A stretch of DNA of 64,000 bases, from NCBI GenBank assembly GCA_963767735.1, contig CAVYES010000004.1, positions 384,001-448,000 on the forward strand, in the 5' to 3' direction. Below the pieces are notes generated by a model, which made no database searches, was not told the origin of the DNA, and was given only the letters and a program-made list of their open reading frames with translations. The position numbers were made by a program, and so were the translations under genes. Origin of the DNA: Candidatus Bathyarchaeota archaeon. Its GTDB lineage: Archaea > Thermoproteota > Bathyarchaeia > Bathyarchaeales > Bathycorpusculaceae. Shown in pieces: positions 49,417 through 59,245 of the stretch. The first letter of the stretch is position 1; every line of letters starts with the position of its first letter.

Positions 49417-50592
49417 TCACTCTAATCCGTAGTAGTCAGCTACTGCTTTGAATGATGCTTTGGGTTCCCAAGGCATATCAGGATAGGTGTCTCCATGCCT
49501 ACCGACTTCTCCTCCTATAAGTTTAGCTGAAACCTCGGGAGCTAAATCTAGCCCCAAAAGCTGTTTTGCTCCTGTTGCAGCCTGGGATATTATTTCGTTA
49601 ACGGTATCTTTCTCTGGGTAGCTTTTCAGTAGGCTGTAGCTGCCCATGTCGCTGTCGAATCTTGGATCTTGGTTGTAGGTTGACGTAGGGGAGACAAACG
49701 TGAAAACAAATGCGCCCTCAATGCCAACGGCGTCAAGTGCAGCGAGCTGTTCAGTAACTTCGCGTGCCTGCAAATCTTCATCGCGAATGAAATGACCATC
49801 AACCTTCGGGATAATGCTGATCGCGTCAACGATTCCTTTGGGCAGAACGTCCTTCAGGTTGAGGTAGTCAGCCATCATGCCGACTGTGACGATGAAGCCG
49901 TTCCCTCCAAGCATTTCCGCTCCACGGTATGTGCAGCAGCCGAATTCGCCTATCATAACAGGTTTACCGAACGTTGTGTATCCCTTGACCATTTTACCGT
50001 ACACATCCTTAATTCGGGCGTCCCGATAGAAATCGACTCCCACAAAATCAAATGGGCTCCAATCCACCGTTTCAATCGGCACCGAGAAATACGTTACTTC
50101 GCCCCTAAACGTTTTCCGCACAACGGCGTTCGCATTCGAAAGGAACTCGTTAAGCGGCTTGTTATGCTTGCCCGCTTTAATGTTTCCCCAAAAAGATGGA
50201 TTATTCATCCGCTGAAAGACGTTGTCGCCTTCAACGATGCCTTGCATAAAAAGAGTTGCCTCTGAACCAACGCTGAACTTTACTTTTCCAGGAAACTGTT
50301 GGCGCAAAGTCTCTGCCGCAGAAGCCGCGTCTGCAAGGTACTGAAGTGTTTCTTCGGGGGTTCTGTCCCACATTTCAGGCGAAAACCACACTTCCAACCC
50401 CTGCTTCAACGCATCTTCGCTGGCGACTTTGAGTCGTTCAATGTCTAAGCCGCAAATTCTGACGGCATTACAATTCAGGTCATTTTTTATTATTTCGAGT
50501 TCTCGGTGCACGATGTGAGGATCAAATTTGGGGCGCCAATTACTGCCCATCATTACTCGTCCAACATCATAACAGATACCTTTTCGCTTCAC
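49417..50592 (-). CDS. putative glycoside-hydrolase-like TIM-barrel protein
   Basis: KGICYDVG, CNAVRI, SVGSE, FVGVDFY and VMIGEFGC clan GH-A-like pattern. Confidence 0.6.
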   Translation of the reverse strand: MKRKGICYDVGRVMMGSNWRPKFDPHIVHRELEIIKNDLNCNAVRICGLDIERLKVASEDALKQGLEVWFSPEMWDRTPEETLQYLADAASAAETLRQQFPGKVKFSVGSEATLFMQGIVEGDNVFQRMNNPSFWGNIKAGKHNKPLNEFLSNANAVVRKTFRGEVTYFSVPIETVDWSPFDFVGVDFYRDARIKDVYGKMVKGYTTFGKPVMIGEFGCCTYRGAEMLGGNGFIVTVGMMADYLNLKDVLPKGIVDAISIIPKVDGHFIRDEDLQAREVTEQLAALDAVGIEGAFVFTFVSPTSTYNQDPRFDSDMGSYSLLKSYPEKDTVNEIISQAATGAKQLLGLDLAPEVSAKLIGGEVGRHGDTYPDMPWEPKASFKAVADYYGLE

Positions 50593-50594
50593 CT

Positions 50595-51215
50595 TTAATT
50601 CGCGCCCCCTTCTTGGTCGGGTTTGAGCATTCGTAGGATAATTTTTGTTTCAGGAAAATGTTTTTGGGCATCATTTGGGTCAAGCATAGTTGCTCTCTTC
50701 ATCAATCCATTAATGCATGCCATTAAAGCAACCATCAGTTGGTCAGGGTCATCCTTTGCGATTTCGCCTGTTGCCTGACCTTCGACTAGTAGTTCACGCA
50801 TGATGTTTTGAATAATCTTGCCATTTCTTTGAACAAGCTGCCGAAGCTCGTTAGGCGTCGTGTCATCCTCTAAAGCCTGACTAAAGATCTGAGAAAAGCC
50901 AGGGTTTCGTCTGTTATTGTCCAGTATGTATGAAACTAAAAGCATAAAGCGGGTTCCTGGTGAGCCTTGAATTTGCTTGATGCGTTCGGTTGGTCCGCCG
51001 CTGGATTCTGTTGCTTGCTTTATCAATGTGGTGAAGATTTCTTCTTTGCTTTCGAAGTACCGGTAGGCTAATCCTTGGCTGACTCCTGCTTCGGAGGCTA
51101 CATCTGCCATTGTGGCGTTATTGCCTTTCCTTGCAAAGACGTTTGCAGCCGCAGAAAGGATTTTAGCGCGTTGTTCTTCGCGTATCTGTTGGTTTGCTTC
51201 TTCTGTTTTTGGCAT
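50595..51215 (-). CDS. TetR/AcrR-family regulator
   Basis: ILSAAANVFARKG..ATMADVASEAGVSQGLAYRYFESKEEI HTH. Confidence 0.94.
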   Translation of the reverse strand: MPKTEEANQQIREEQRAKILSAAANVFARKGNNATMADVASEAGVSQGLAYRYFESKEEIFTTLIKQATESSGGPTERIKQIQGSPGTRFMLLVSYILDNNRRNPGFSQIFSQALEDDTTPNELRQLVQRNGKIIQNIMRELLVEGQATGEIAKDDPDQLMVALMACINGLMKRATMLDPNDAQKHFPETKIILRMLKPDQEGGAN

Positions 51216-51233
51216 ACGCTTTGACCTTAGAAA

Positions 51234-51252
51234 TGAATGAATGATTCATTCA
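51234..51252. promoter_or_regulatory. candidate TetR operator TGAATGAAT-G-ATTCATTCA
   Basis: Perfect 9-bp inverted repeat 19 nt upstream of the tetR start. Confidence 0.75.
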
Positions 51253-51314
51253 CCTATTAAGGTATCTGTTTTTCCTATAACAAACCACACAAAATATTGG
51301 TCACAGATTTTAAA

Positions 51315-51593
51315 CTATGTTGGGTAAACCCAATGTACACTTCTATAATGAGTTGTTCCCCAAATCACCCACATCAAACCGATAAGTAACCCTGCAATGG
51401 CCAACGAGACTATCGTCACGATCACATTCTGAAAAAAACTGAAGCCTCTCGACCAGAAGAGTGCGTAGACCAGGATGAAGACAAGCCATGCCAACACTCC
51501 GATAAACGTAAAAACGACAGGTGCGAATGGATTTCTGTGATTCCATTCAGGTGGAGAAGTTTCGGTGCTGTAGACATGATTTGTCAATTTCAT
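51315..51593 (-). CDS. small two-TM membrane protein
   Basis: Two hydrophobic helices separated by FSFFQN. Confidence 0.7.
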   Translation of the reverse strand: MKLTNHVYSTETSPPEWNHRNPFAPVVFTFIGVLAWLVFILVYALFWSRGFSFFQNVIVTIVSLAIAGLLIGLMWVIWGTTHYRSVHWVYPT

Positions 51594-51659
51594 TCACCTT
51601 TAAGGGTACATTTCAATTTTTCGCCATATAAAATCTTCGTTTGTGGGTCTTCGATTCAG

Positions 51660-52643
51660 TTATGATGATTCTGCTGGCTTTAATGTCTCAAGGGCTTTTT
51701 CTGCCCATTGATAGTCTCTCCAGAACGCTCTGCCTACTGCTATCAAGTCAACTTTCCCCTCTCTTACCAGCTTATCCGCGTATTCCGCCTCTTTGATTCC
51801 TCCCACACCAATAATGGGGACGCTAACTGCCTTTTTGATTTCGCTTGCCTGTGGAACAAAATAGCCTCTCACTTGACGGAGTTGCCTTGGTTCGCTTCCA
51901 CACATGCCTCCGGACACATCAATAATGTCTACACCTGACTGTTCAAGTTTCTTGGCGAAAGCAATGGAATCTTCGATGTGCGTTCCATTTGGAGCCAAAT
52001 CATCCGAGCCTAACCTATAGAGCAGCAGCTTGCCCTTGAGGCATTCACGTACCTTTGCCACCGCCAACAGGGGAAACCGCATCCGATTCTCCAAAGAGCC
52101 GCCGTACTCATCCATACGCTTGTTAAACAGAGGCGAGTAGAACTGGTTAAGCAAGTAGCCATGTGCTCCATGAAGCTCAACGCCGTCGAAACCCGCTTTA
52201 ACAGCTCGTTGGGCCGCCAAAGCAAAATCGTTGGCCAATGCTTCAATTTCACTGACTTCAAGCATACGCGTCTTTTCTCTCGTAGAGGGTCCAACTGGTT
52301 CTGTGCCGATGACTTTTCTATTTGTAACTCCGCCTGCATGAGATAGCTGTACAACCGCGGGTGCGCCAACCTCGTGTAACCGCTTTGCCAGCTTCTCGAA
52401 ACCACTAATTAACGAGTCATCATAGATTCCAAGTTGCTTAGGGCCTATCTTTCCAGTCAGCGAAACATAGGCGTGCTCAACAATGGGTAAACCTAACGCT
52501 GAGGAACGTCGCACATAAAAGTTAATCAGCTTGTTGGTTACCGCGCCTTCAAACGTTGCCCTTCCAGTCTGCATAGGCGGCATAACAATGCGGTTTCTAA
52601 GAGTTACTCCCCTCACTCCCAAAGGATCAGTTAAACTTGGCAA
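51660..52643 (-). CDS. NADH:flavin oxidoreductase (old yellow enzyme family)
   Basis: LRNRIVMPPM, QLSHAG, AGFDGVELHGAHGYLLNQF and YGGSLENR motifs; likely TTG start. Confidence 0.94.
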   Translation of the reverse strand: MPSLTDPLGVRGVTLRNRIVMPPMQTGRATFEGAVTNKLINFYVRRSSALGLPIVEHAYVSLTGKIGPKQLGIYDDSLISGFEKLAKRLHEVGAPAVVQLSHAGGVTNRKVIGTEPVGPSTREKTRMLEVSEIEALANDFALAAQRAVKAGFDGVELHGAHGYLLNQFYSPLFNKRMDEYGGSLENRMRFPLLAVAKVRECLKGKLLLYRLGSDDLAPNGTHIEDSIAFAKKLEQSGVDIIDVSGGMCGSEPRQLRQVRGYFVPQASEIKKAVSVPIIGVGGIKEAEYADKLVREGKVDLIAVGRAFWRDYQWAEKALETLKPAESS

Positions 52644-52743
52644 ACACTGACACCGTTGCAATGAATGGGTGATAAGGCGTTATAATAACTTATCAATCGG
52701 TTGACTGCAACTACTGGCTGAGGTGAAAATGATAGGAAACATT

Positions 52744-52780
52744 TGTTGTTCTCAGTTGAGACAACAAGATTTCATATAGT
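52744..52780 (+). promoter_or_regulatory. TGTTGT-N11-ACAACA inverted repeat plus TATA-like box
   Basis: Homologous to 10541-10578. Confidence 0.55.
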
Positions 52781-52807
52781 ATAACAGCATTAATAAAAGT
52801 TGATTTC

Positions 52808-52954
52808 GTGATTTTAAGCTACAAGGTCAACTGTCCCAAATGCGGGAAAGAACTTGCTAAACCCGATAAAAAACTAGAGAATTCTGTGTTCTACGTAGCG
52901 ATTTACACATGTGATGCATGTGGCACGACAGTAAAGTATTCTAAATCATTTTAG
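52808..52954 (+). CDS. 48-aa CPxCG zinc-ribbon microprotein, second copy
   Basis: MILSYKVNCPKCGKELAKPDKKLENSVFYVAIYTCDACGTTVKYSKSF; 37/48 identical to 10610-10756. Confidence 0.85.
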   Translation: MILSYKVNCPKCGKELAKPDKKLENSVFYVAIYTCDACGTTVKYSKSF

Positions 52955-53524
52955 TCATTTGACTTGTACGTGGGCCAATTCATTTTTTCTTTATCTTTTA
53001 AACTGCACTTGGCAGCCTTTCTTAGATAAAATTAGTTGCCATGTTATTCACTAATGCATGTATTTTATGAATTGTGAAAGTTACATGTGCCTAATCTGAA
53101 ACGCTGAATTTCCAGACATGGAACCGCTAAGGCTGCACCGAATGAGTGAGTACAGAGGGCAATCGGTGTAAGAACCCATAACAATTTTGCGCTTTGTTGC
53201 TTCAAATTGTGACAACATCAATTTTTATCCACCTAACAACAACATTGTGCTGAGCACAGAAAGGCGCACCCATGTTGGGCGGGTCTGGCTGCTAATACGC
53301 GGTAAGGTTTCCACTTTAGGTTTTTGCCCTATCGATGTTAGCACTCGGCTAAATCCGCTTAACCCCTCTTTTTGCCCTATCCAAACTATTCTGTAAGCTC
53401 TTTTTCCATAGAGGATTCTTAATTCAAGTAAAGTATCATATCTGATCATCAGTGAAATGGGCGTCTCATTGAGTGATGTGTCAATATGAGGGTTGATTAT
53501 TAATCGGGCTGGATTAAAAGGAAA

Positions 53525-53602
53525 TGGCGCTCAGGCCGGGATTTGGACCCGGGTCCTGCGGGCGACAGCCGCATATACTGGACCAGACTATACTACCTGA
53601 GC
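53525..53602 (-). tRNA. tRNA-Asp(GTC), intronless, CCA encoded
   Basis: GCTCAGG/CCTGAGC acceptor stem; anticodon arm TGCGG-CTGTCGC-CCGCA; T arm CCGGG-TCCAAAT-CCCGG; GCCA end. Confidence 0.95.
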
Positions 53603-53784
53603 ATAAGCGCCTCAACAATACACGATAATTCAACTAATTAATCTTTCTCGGAATCGTAGTTGAGGCTTGTTAAAAAAACTGCTTTTCGCATTAGAGTTTT
53701 TTAGCGGTAATTTTAATACGTCACAAACTACTTACTCATAAAATTGACTGTGGGTGACGGAAGGTAATAAGGAATAGTGATTAC

Positions 53785-55668
53785 TTGGGGGTTTTGCAAA
53801 AATACTGGATTGCAATTCTGCTGTTGCTGTTGGCTTTGGCGTCGTTTCCTTCAGTTTACGTCGCTCTCTTAACCGCGTTAATTTTTACTTTTTTGGTTCC
53901 AGGTTTGATTTGCTACCGGTTTTTCTCGTTGAAAACTCATGAAATATGGGCGTTTGTGCCGATTTTCAGTGTTTTGGTTTCTGTCCAATTTATTTATTTT
54001 TTATCGTTGGCGTTTGGCTACTCGCGGGATATAATTCTTTTGAGTTTTCTCGCTTTAACAGGAATCTACGCGTTGGTGGTTTACTTGAAAGGCGAACCTT
54101 TGAAGCCGCCCCAGTTTCTTAAGTTTAAACAGATTAAAAAAACAAGCCTTCTGCTTTTTTCCATAATTTTCATCATCGCCCTTGTTGTTTTGGCTAAGAG
54201 CGTATGGGTTGGGAATCAGTACGGCGTAGTTTTGACTGGTTCTAACTGGCAGGATACGCCTTTGCACTACGAGATAATTGAAAGTATAAACCAAGGTAAT
54301 TTTCCGCCGCAGATGCCAAATTTCGCTGGGTATCCTGAGACTTATCATTACTTTGTTGATTTTCACACAGCCATCATAGAGAAGGTTTACGGTTACTTGC
54401 CAACGCTTCTGCCTTTTTTAAACGCTGTTTTCATACTTGTCTTTGCGCTTGCAATTTGGGCTTTGGCAAGGCCGAATGGAAGACGCGCCGCAATAATTGC
54501 AACTATTATCGCCACTTTCGGTTGGGGGTTGAGCTATTTCGGTCTTTTTTCCGCTTTGCTAAACGGGACATTTAATGTGAACACAAATTACATTTACCAG
54601 TATGGCGGCACGTTTGGGTTACCCTCGATATTTGACAATTTGCTGCAGCAAAGACCGCTTCTGATGGGGTTACCGGCGTTTGCGTTTGTTTTAGCTTTGC
54701 TTTGGAATATGGATGACAAAAAAAGAATATTGCTGGCTGGGATCATCACGGGTTTAGTGTTTGAATTTCATAATGTGGCGTTCTTTTGCTGCTACGTCGC
54801 TTTCTTCGTCGCCATTCTATTTAACGTTAAACGTTCTAACATCAAAAACCTCGTTTACTTTTTGGTTCCAACCGCCTTGGCGTTGCCTTTCATTTTAAAC
54901 AATGGGCCTCCCTTGTCGATTTCGCTTAGCTTTGTTTGGATAGAGAATTTTGCGAAGGACCCCCTAACCTACTACATTTTGAGTTTAGGTATCCCCTTCA
55001 TTATAGCCATTGTTTCTTTTGCTAAACGTGGAAACGAGCTTTTGAAAGGAACATTTCTTTTCTTATTTCTTATTCCAAACATTATTTTGTTGACGCCTAA
55101 CCCATGGGACATGTACAAATTCTTCATTTTTGCTTGGATTCCAATTGCGGTCTTGGCTGGCGTAATGTTGGCTAAAACAAGAAAAATCGTCCTTGTGACG
55201 TTGGTTTTGCTTTGTATTCTGACTTCAGCAAGCGTCATCATCTACAATGTTGGAACAAATTATACTGCAGCAAGCTGGAGTGAATATCAGCTTGGGCTTT
55301 GGGTGCGGAGTAACACGCCGGAGCGTTCGGTCTTTTTAACGTATTATTCTATTCAGACGCCTGTAGCGTTTATTGGCGGAAGATTAACCGTGTCATCTTA
55401 CATAAATTGGCCCTATGGACAAGGAGTGCCGCTCAATGAAATTTATCAAAGGGACGCCGCCATCGACAGCGCATACAACGGCAGCGTAACAGAGTTAAAG
55501 CAGATTATACTCGAGTACCATGTTACATACGTGTACGTAGGAGTTGATGAACTGAGGAATTATCCCGGATGCGTGGCAAGATTTGATAATATAACTTGGT
55601 TAACGACGGTTTACACCAACCAAAACCTAAAGATATACCAGGTAAATTTAGCCCAGATGGGCACCTAA
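53785..55668 (+). CDS. multi-pass membrane protein, probable GT-C glycosyltransferase
   Basis: Many TM helices, lumenal WQDTPLH and YHYFVDF motifs, STT3-like C-terminal domain (WVRSNTP, VTYVYVG). Confidence 0.7.
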   Translation: MGVLQKYWIAILLLLLALASFPSVYVALLTALIFTFLVPGLICYRFFSLKTHEIWAFVPIFSVLVSVQFIYFLSLAFGYSRDIILLSFLALTGIYALVVYLKGEPLKPPQFLKFKQIKKTSLLLFSIIFIIALVVLAKSVWVGNQYGVVLTGSNWQDTPLHYEIIESINQGNFPPQMPNFAGYPETYHYFVDFHTAIIEKVYGYLPTLLPFLNAVFILVFALAIWALARPNGRRAAIIATIIATFGWGLSYFGLFSALLNGTFNVNTNYIYQYGGTFGLPSIFDNLLQQRPLLMGLPAFAFVLALLWNMDDKKRILLAGIITGLVFEFHNVAFFCCYVAFFVAILFNVKRSNIKNLVYFLVPTALALPFILNNGPPLSISLSFVWIENFAKDPLTYYILSLGIPFIIAIVSFAKRGNELLKGTFLFLFLIPNIILLTPNPWDMYKFFIFAWIPIAVLAGVMLAKTRKIVLVTLVLLCILTSASVIIYNVGTNYTAASWSEYQLGLWVRSNTPERSVFLTYYSIQTPVAFIGGRLTVSSYINWPYGQGVPLNEIYQRDAAIDSAYNGSVTELKQIILEYHVTYVYVGVDELRNYPGCVARFDNITWLTTVYTNQNLKIYQVNLAQMGT

Positions 55669-55799
55669 ACGCTTAAAGGCGAATGCATAAGTCGAGGGGC
55701 TTAAGAAAATTGGCAACGGGCGCTCCCGCGTTGACGTTGATGGTTTTAGCAATATTCTTGATCGTCAATGAAAAGCAATATGTTTCAATAATTGTGTAA

Positions 55800-57074
55800 T
55801 TGTCTACTTCATATGGAGACTCAAAGTTGAAGGCTGCCTTAGCAGTTGTGTTTATTGCTATTTTGTGTTTATCAATGTTCTCAGCCTATGTGACAAAGGC
55901 GATAGCTCAACAGCCTTCCGTTGACTGGCCAATGTTCCTTTCAGATCCATCTCACAGTGGCGAAGGAACAGGCAATCCGGTGCTGACCTCAACGTTGCTT
56001 TGGAAATACACCACTGATGGCATGGTTGCGTCGTCTCCCGCTGTTGTCGGCGGCGTAGTCTACATGGGCTCCGGTGACGGCAACCTTTATGCTTTGAACG
56101 CTACTAACGGCGACAAACTCTGGAATTTCACCACTGGCGCTCCGGTTTATTCGTCTCCTGCTGTAGTCGGCGGCGTAGTTTATGTAGGATCATTTGACGA
56201 TAATGTTTATGCCTTGAACACGGCAACCGGCTCCAAACTCTGGAACTACACCACAGGCGGCCAAGTTGTTTCCTCTCCCACTGTTGCCAATGGCGTCGTT
56301 TACGTAGGCTCAGGCGATGGAAACGTTTATGCTTTGAACGCAGCTGACGGCGCCAAAATATGGAGTTACACTACGGGCAGTGAGGCTGATTCGTCTGCTG
56401 CTATGGTCGGAGGTGTGGTCTACATTGGCTCTGATGATGGGAATATTTATGCTTTTAATGCTGCTTCTGGCGCAAAAATCTGGAGTTACGCCACTGGTGG
56501 TGACGTTGATTCCTCTGCTACTGTTGTAGGTGGTGTGGTCTACGTTGGCTCTGACGACGGCCACGTGTACGCTTTGAACGCTACTAGCGGCATCCAGCTG
56601 TGGAAATACGCAACAAGCGCCTGGGTTTGGTCGGTTCCGATCGTCGCCAACGGCGTAGTCTACGTAGGCTCGGATAACCATGACGTTTACGCCTTAAACG
56701 CTACTAACGGCAAACAGCTGTGGTATTACGCCACCGGCGGCGATGTCGGGGCGTCTCCTGCTTTTGTCGGGGGAATAATCTACATAAGCTCTTATGACGG
56801 AGGCGTTTATGCTTTGAATGCCGCTACTGGTGCCGAACTCTGGAAATATAACACTGACGGACAGGTAGCCTCATCTCCAGCCGTCGTAAACGGCGTGGTT
56901 TACATAGGCTCATTTGACGACAGCATTTACGCTTTGGGTGGATCGCCTACGCCTTCTCCTTCAACCAGTTGGTCTAACACTGTGTTTACAGAAATTGGGG
57001 TCGTAGTGGCGGTCGTTATTGTTGCCTCGGTGATGACGTTCTTGATTTTTCGAAAAAGATTGAAAACTAAGTGA
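55800..57074 (+). CDS. PQQ-type 8-repeat beta-propeller surface protein
   Basis: DWPMFLSDPSHSG leader, eight repeats, C-terminal TM followed by KRLKTK. Confidence 0.9.
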   Translation: MSTSYGDSKLKAALAVVFIAILCLSMFSAYVTKAIAQQPSVDWPMFLSDPSHSGEGTGNPVLTSTLLWKYTTDGMVASSPAVVGGVVYMGSGDGNLYALNATNGDKLWNFTTGAPVYSSPAVVGGVVYVGSFDDNVYALNTATGSKLWNYTTGGQVVSSPTVANGVVYVGSGDGNVYALNAADGAKIWSYTTGSEADSSAAMVGGVVYIGSDDGNIYAFNAASGAKIWSYATGGDVDSSATVVGGVVYVGSDDGHVYALNATSGIQLWKYATSAWVWSVPIVANGVVYVGSDNHDVYALNATNGKQLWYYATGGDVGASPAFVGGIIYISSYDGGVYALNAATGAELWKYNTDGQVASSPAVVNGVVYIGSFDDSIYALGGSPTPSPSTSWSNTVFTEIGVVVAVVIVASVMTFLIFRKRLKTK

Positions 57075-57250
57075 TAGGTCCTCAGCTTCGACCCGGCTCT
57101 CTATCTGAGTTTTTTGTTTTTCAAATATCTCAAGGCTTGAGGAAATGAAGAGTAAAGGAAGCTTCAGTCATTTGATTTTGAGTCTCACACTCGTAAAGAC
57201 GTTTAAATGACTTCTGAAGCTATTTGGCTGCACAGCATTTTTTTGTTTCT

Positions 57251-57739
57251 TTAACTGCTGGTTTTGGGGCTTTGATGCTTCTTACCTGACATGTAATCAA
57301 TATCTATTCTGCCCATTGTTGTTTTTTCAAGCTTCTCAGGATTAATCTTCGCCAACTTCGCCTCTGGGTTAGTTGAAACCTGCCTCACCAAGACTTCTAT
57401 GGCTTGCTGTTTTTCTTTTAAATCGCTAATCAGTGACATTTTGCCTGAGAAGTGAACGGAAGTGTAAGCGTAGTCGCATTCCTCGGTAATGCAGAAATCC
57501 AGCACTGCTTGTCCCCAAACCTTATTGTTGGCTTTTAGGTAAACGAGTTTTTTGCCTTCTGGTGCGCAGTGGAAGTACAGGCAATTCTTGGTTTCGTTAT
57601 AGCCATGGTTTAATGAGACGAGGTAGGGCTCATCGTTCATGCAGAGGGCGACGGTAATGTACTTGGAGGTTTTTAGTATTTGCCTTAGCTCGTTTGGATC
57701 AGTGATTTCTCGGTCTTTGCGCCTAACATGAAAAGACAT
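57251..57739 (-). CDS. pyridoxamine 5'-phosphate oxidase-like (NimA-type) flavin-binding protein
   Basis: RRKDREI, EPYLV, LYFHCA.EGKK and YTSV motifs. Confidence 0.88.
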   Translation of the reverse strand: MSFHVRRKDREITDPNELRQILKTSKYITVALCMNDEPYLVSLNHGYNETKNCLYFHCAPEGKKLVYLKANNKVWGQAVLDFCITEECDYAYTSVHFSGKMSLISDLKEKQQAIEVLVRQVSTNPEAKLAKINPEKLEKTTMGRIDIDYMSGKKHQSPKTSS

Positions 57740-57868
57740 GCTTTCACAGTAAGCAACCAAAACAATATAAGCTTTAACCTTTAGAGCGACACCCAAAAAG
57801 CTGAAGGAAAAATGTGCCTGAGTGGTTCATCTAGCGATGCTGTATGGATATGAGCTCAAGAGAGGGTG

Positions 57869-58927
57869 CTAAGATCTAAGGTTCAAATATCTTTTCTTTA
57901 GGCTTAAGAGGGCTAAAGGGTATATCGTTTTAAGCAATAGATTATAATTTTGTATTGAATACAGTTTCTCAATAAGCTGCGGAAAGTTGACCAAGGCTGA
58001 ATAATCTTCTTTTGATAGAATATTTTCAATTAACCATCTATTAATAATTCCAGCTCTTAAACGGTTCTTAAAATGTTTGTCTGCAATTTTTTCGTAATCC
58101 GTTTTGCAAGTAACACTTTGAGCTGCAAGGTAGCCTGAAGCAAAGGCAAATCTCATTCCAAAGCCCCAAAGAAAGTCCTGCAGCCCAGCGGCTTCCCCTA
58201 CGTACAGCGGCACCCCGCTCTTAACTTTCTTCAACGAAAAACTACCAATACCACTCACCTCTCTAATGATCTGCAGTTGGAAGGGAATTTTCTTTAAAAA
58301 AAACTCTTTTGTTCTTTCAAAATACCAATTAATCCTGCTTATCTCATCTTTCATCACTACGGAGCATAAACAGCCATATCCTTTCGTGACCAGGAGATAG
58401 GAATAGCCTTTGAAAGCCAACTTATCATTAAACGCTAGAATCGCGATATCTTTGATATCTGTTTTAAAAACTATGCCCTTAACCATTCCAGGAGCTTCAA
58501 TGATGGTTGGACCAGTTGCTATGATGTTTGCTTCATTTTTGGCAAGTGTTTCTTGAAAGTGAATGTTCACGCCAGATTTCAGCGCTTGCGCCTTCAAACT
58601 ATAGTCGATTGTTCCGGAAAAGGGACCTCGTCTTAATAGGTAAAATAGTGGTCTTTTATAATGGATTTCTTTAGCTTTCAAACCATTCGTAATAATTATG
58701 CTACGAAAAGGCGTGAAGTTAAAATTAACGTCCACATTTATTTCTCTCAATTCATCAATAATGTCTTTCTTGTCGGACCAGTTCTCCAAGCCTTGAATGT
58801 CGCCGTTAAACCTCATGCCTACATCTTTATTCTTTTCATAAACTTCAACGCTATAACCTGATTTTGCAAGATTTATCGCAGCGGTCAGGCCTGAAAGCCC
58901 CGCGCCTAAAATTTTTATCTCTTTCAT
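57869..58927 (-). CDS. FAD-dependent oxidoreductase (geranylgeranyl-reductase-like)
   Basis: GAGLSGLTAA, VYEK, GYSY and VGEAAGLQD..WGFG motifs. Confidence 0.82.
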   Translation of the reverse strand: MKEIKILGAGLSGLTAAINLAKSGYSVEVYEKNKDVGMRFNGDIQGLENWSDKKDIIDELREINVDVNFNFTPFRSIIITNGLKAKEIHYKRPLFYLLRRGPFSGTIDYSLKAQALKSGVNIHFQETLAKNEANIIATGPTIIEAPGMVKGIVFKTDIKDIAILAFNDKLAFKGYSYLLVTKGYGCLCSVVMKDEISRINWYFERTKEFFLKKIPFQLQIIREVSGIGSFSLKKVKSGVPLYVGEAAGLQDFLWGFGMRFAFASGYLAAQSVTCKTDYEKIADKHFKNRLRAGIINRWLIENILSKEDYSALVNFPQLIEKLYSIQNYNLLLKTIYPLALLSLKKRYLNLRS

Positions 58928-59245
58928 TCCATTATTGTTAATTGAGTAAATCGGGCTTGTATAGTTTTGCATCGGAATTTTAGCGGGTAAGTTGTTCAAA
59001 ATTGGTTAAAGCTGGTCATAACCCATTTTTGGCTCTCTTTCCTATGCAATACGCCCTTTCACAGTTATGTTTTAAAACTGCCCAAAGTAGAAAGCGAACT
59101 TCATTTTTGCCATTTTGTAACACAATGCCTGCCTAAAAAAGAAACAAGAGAAGGGATGGTTCTGAAAAAATAATTTAATTCAAGTTTGGAACAGAAAAAA
59201 GAAAGAAAGCTGGAGCTTTGGATCAAGCGCCTGTTTACTTATTGG

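Noticed and set aside
53133-53449. Short GCACCGA/TCGGTGT stem and overlapping 69/74-aa ORFs near the tRNA
   Set aside because: A 7-bp stem is within chance expectation; the ORFs are mutually antisense and lack protein-like features.
47700-53525. Integrated element at the tRNA-Asp 3' end
   Set aside because: Accessory-looking genes are present, but no integrase and no duplicated tRNA 3' end (att site) were found by eye.
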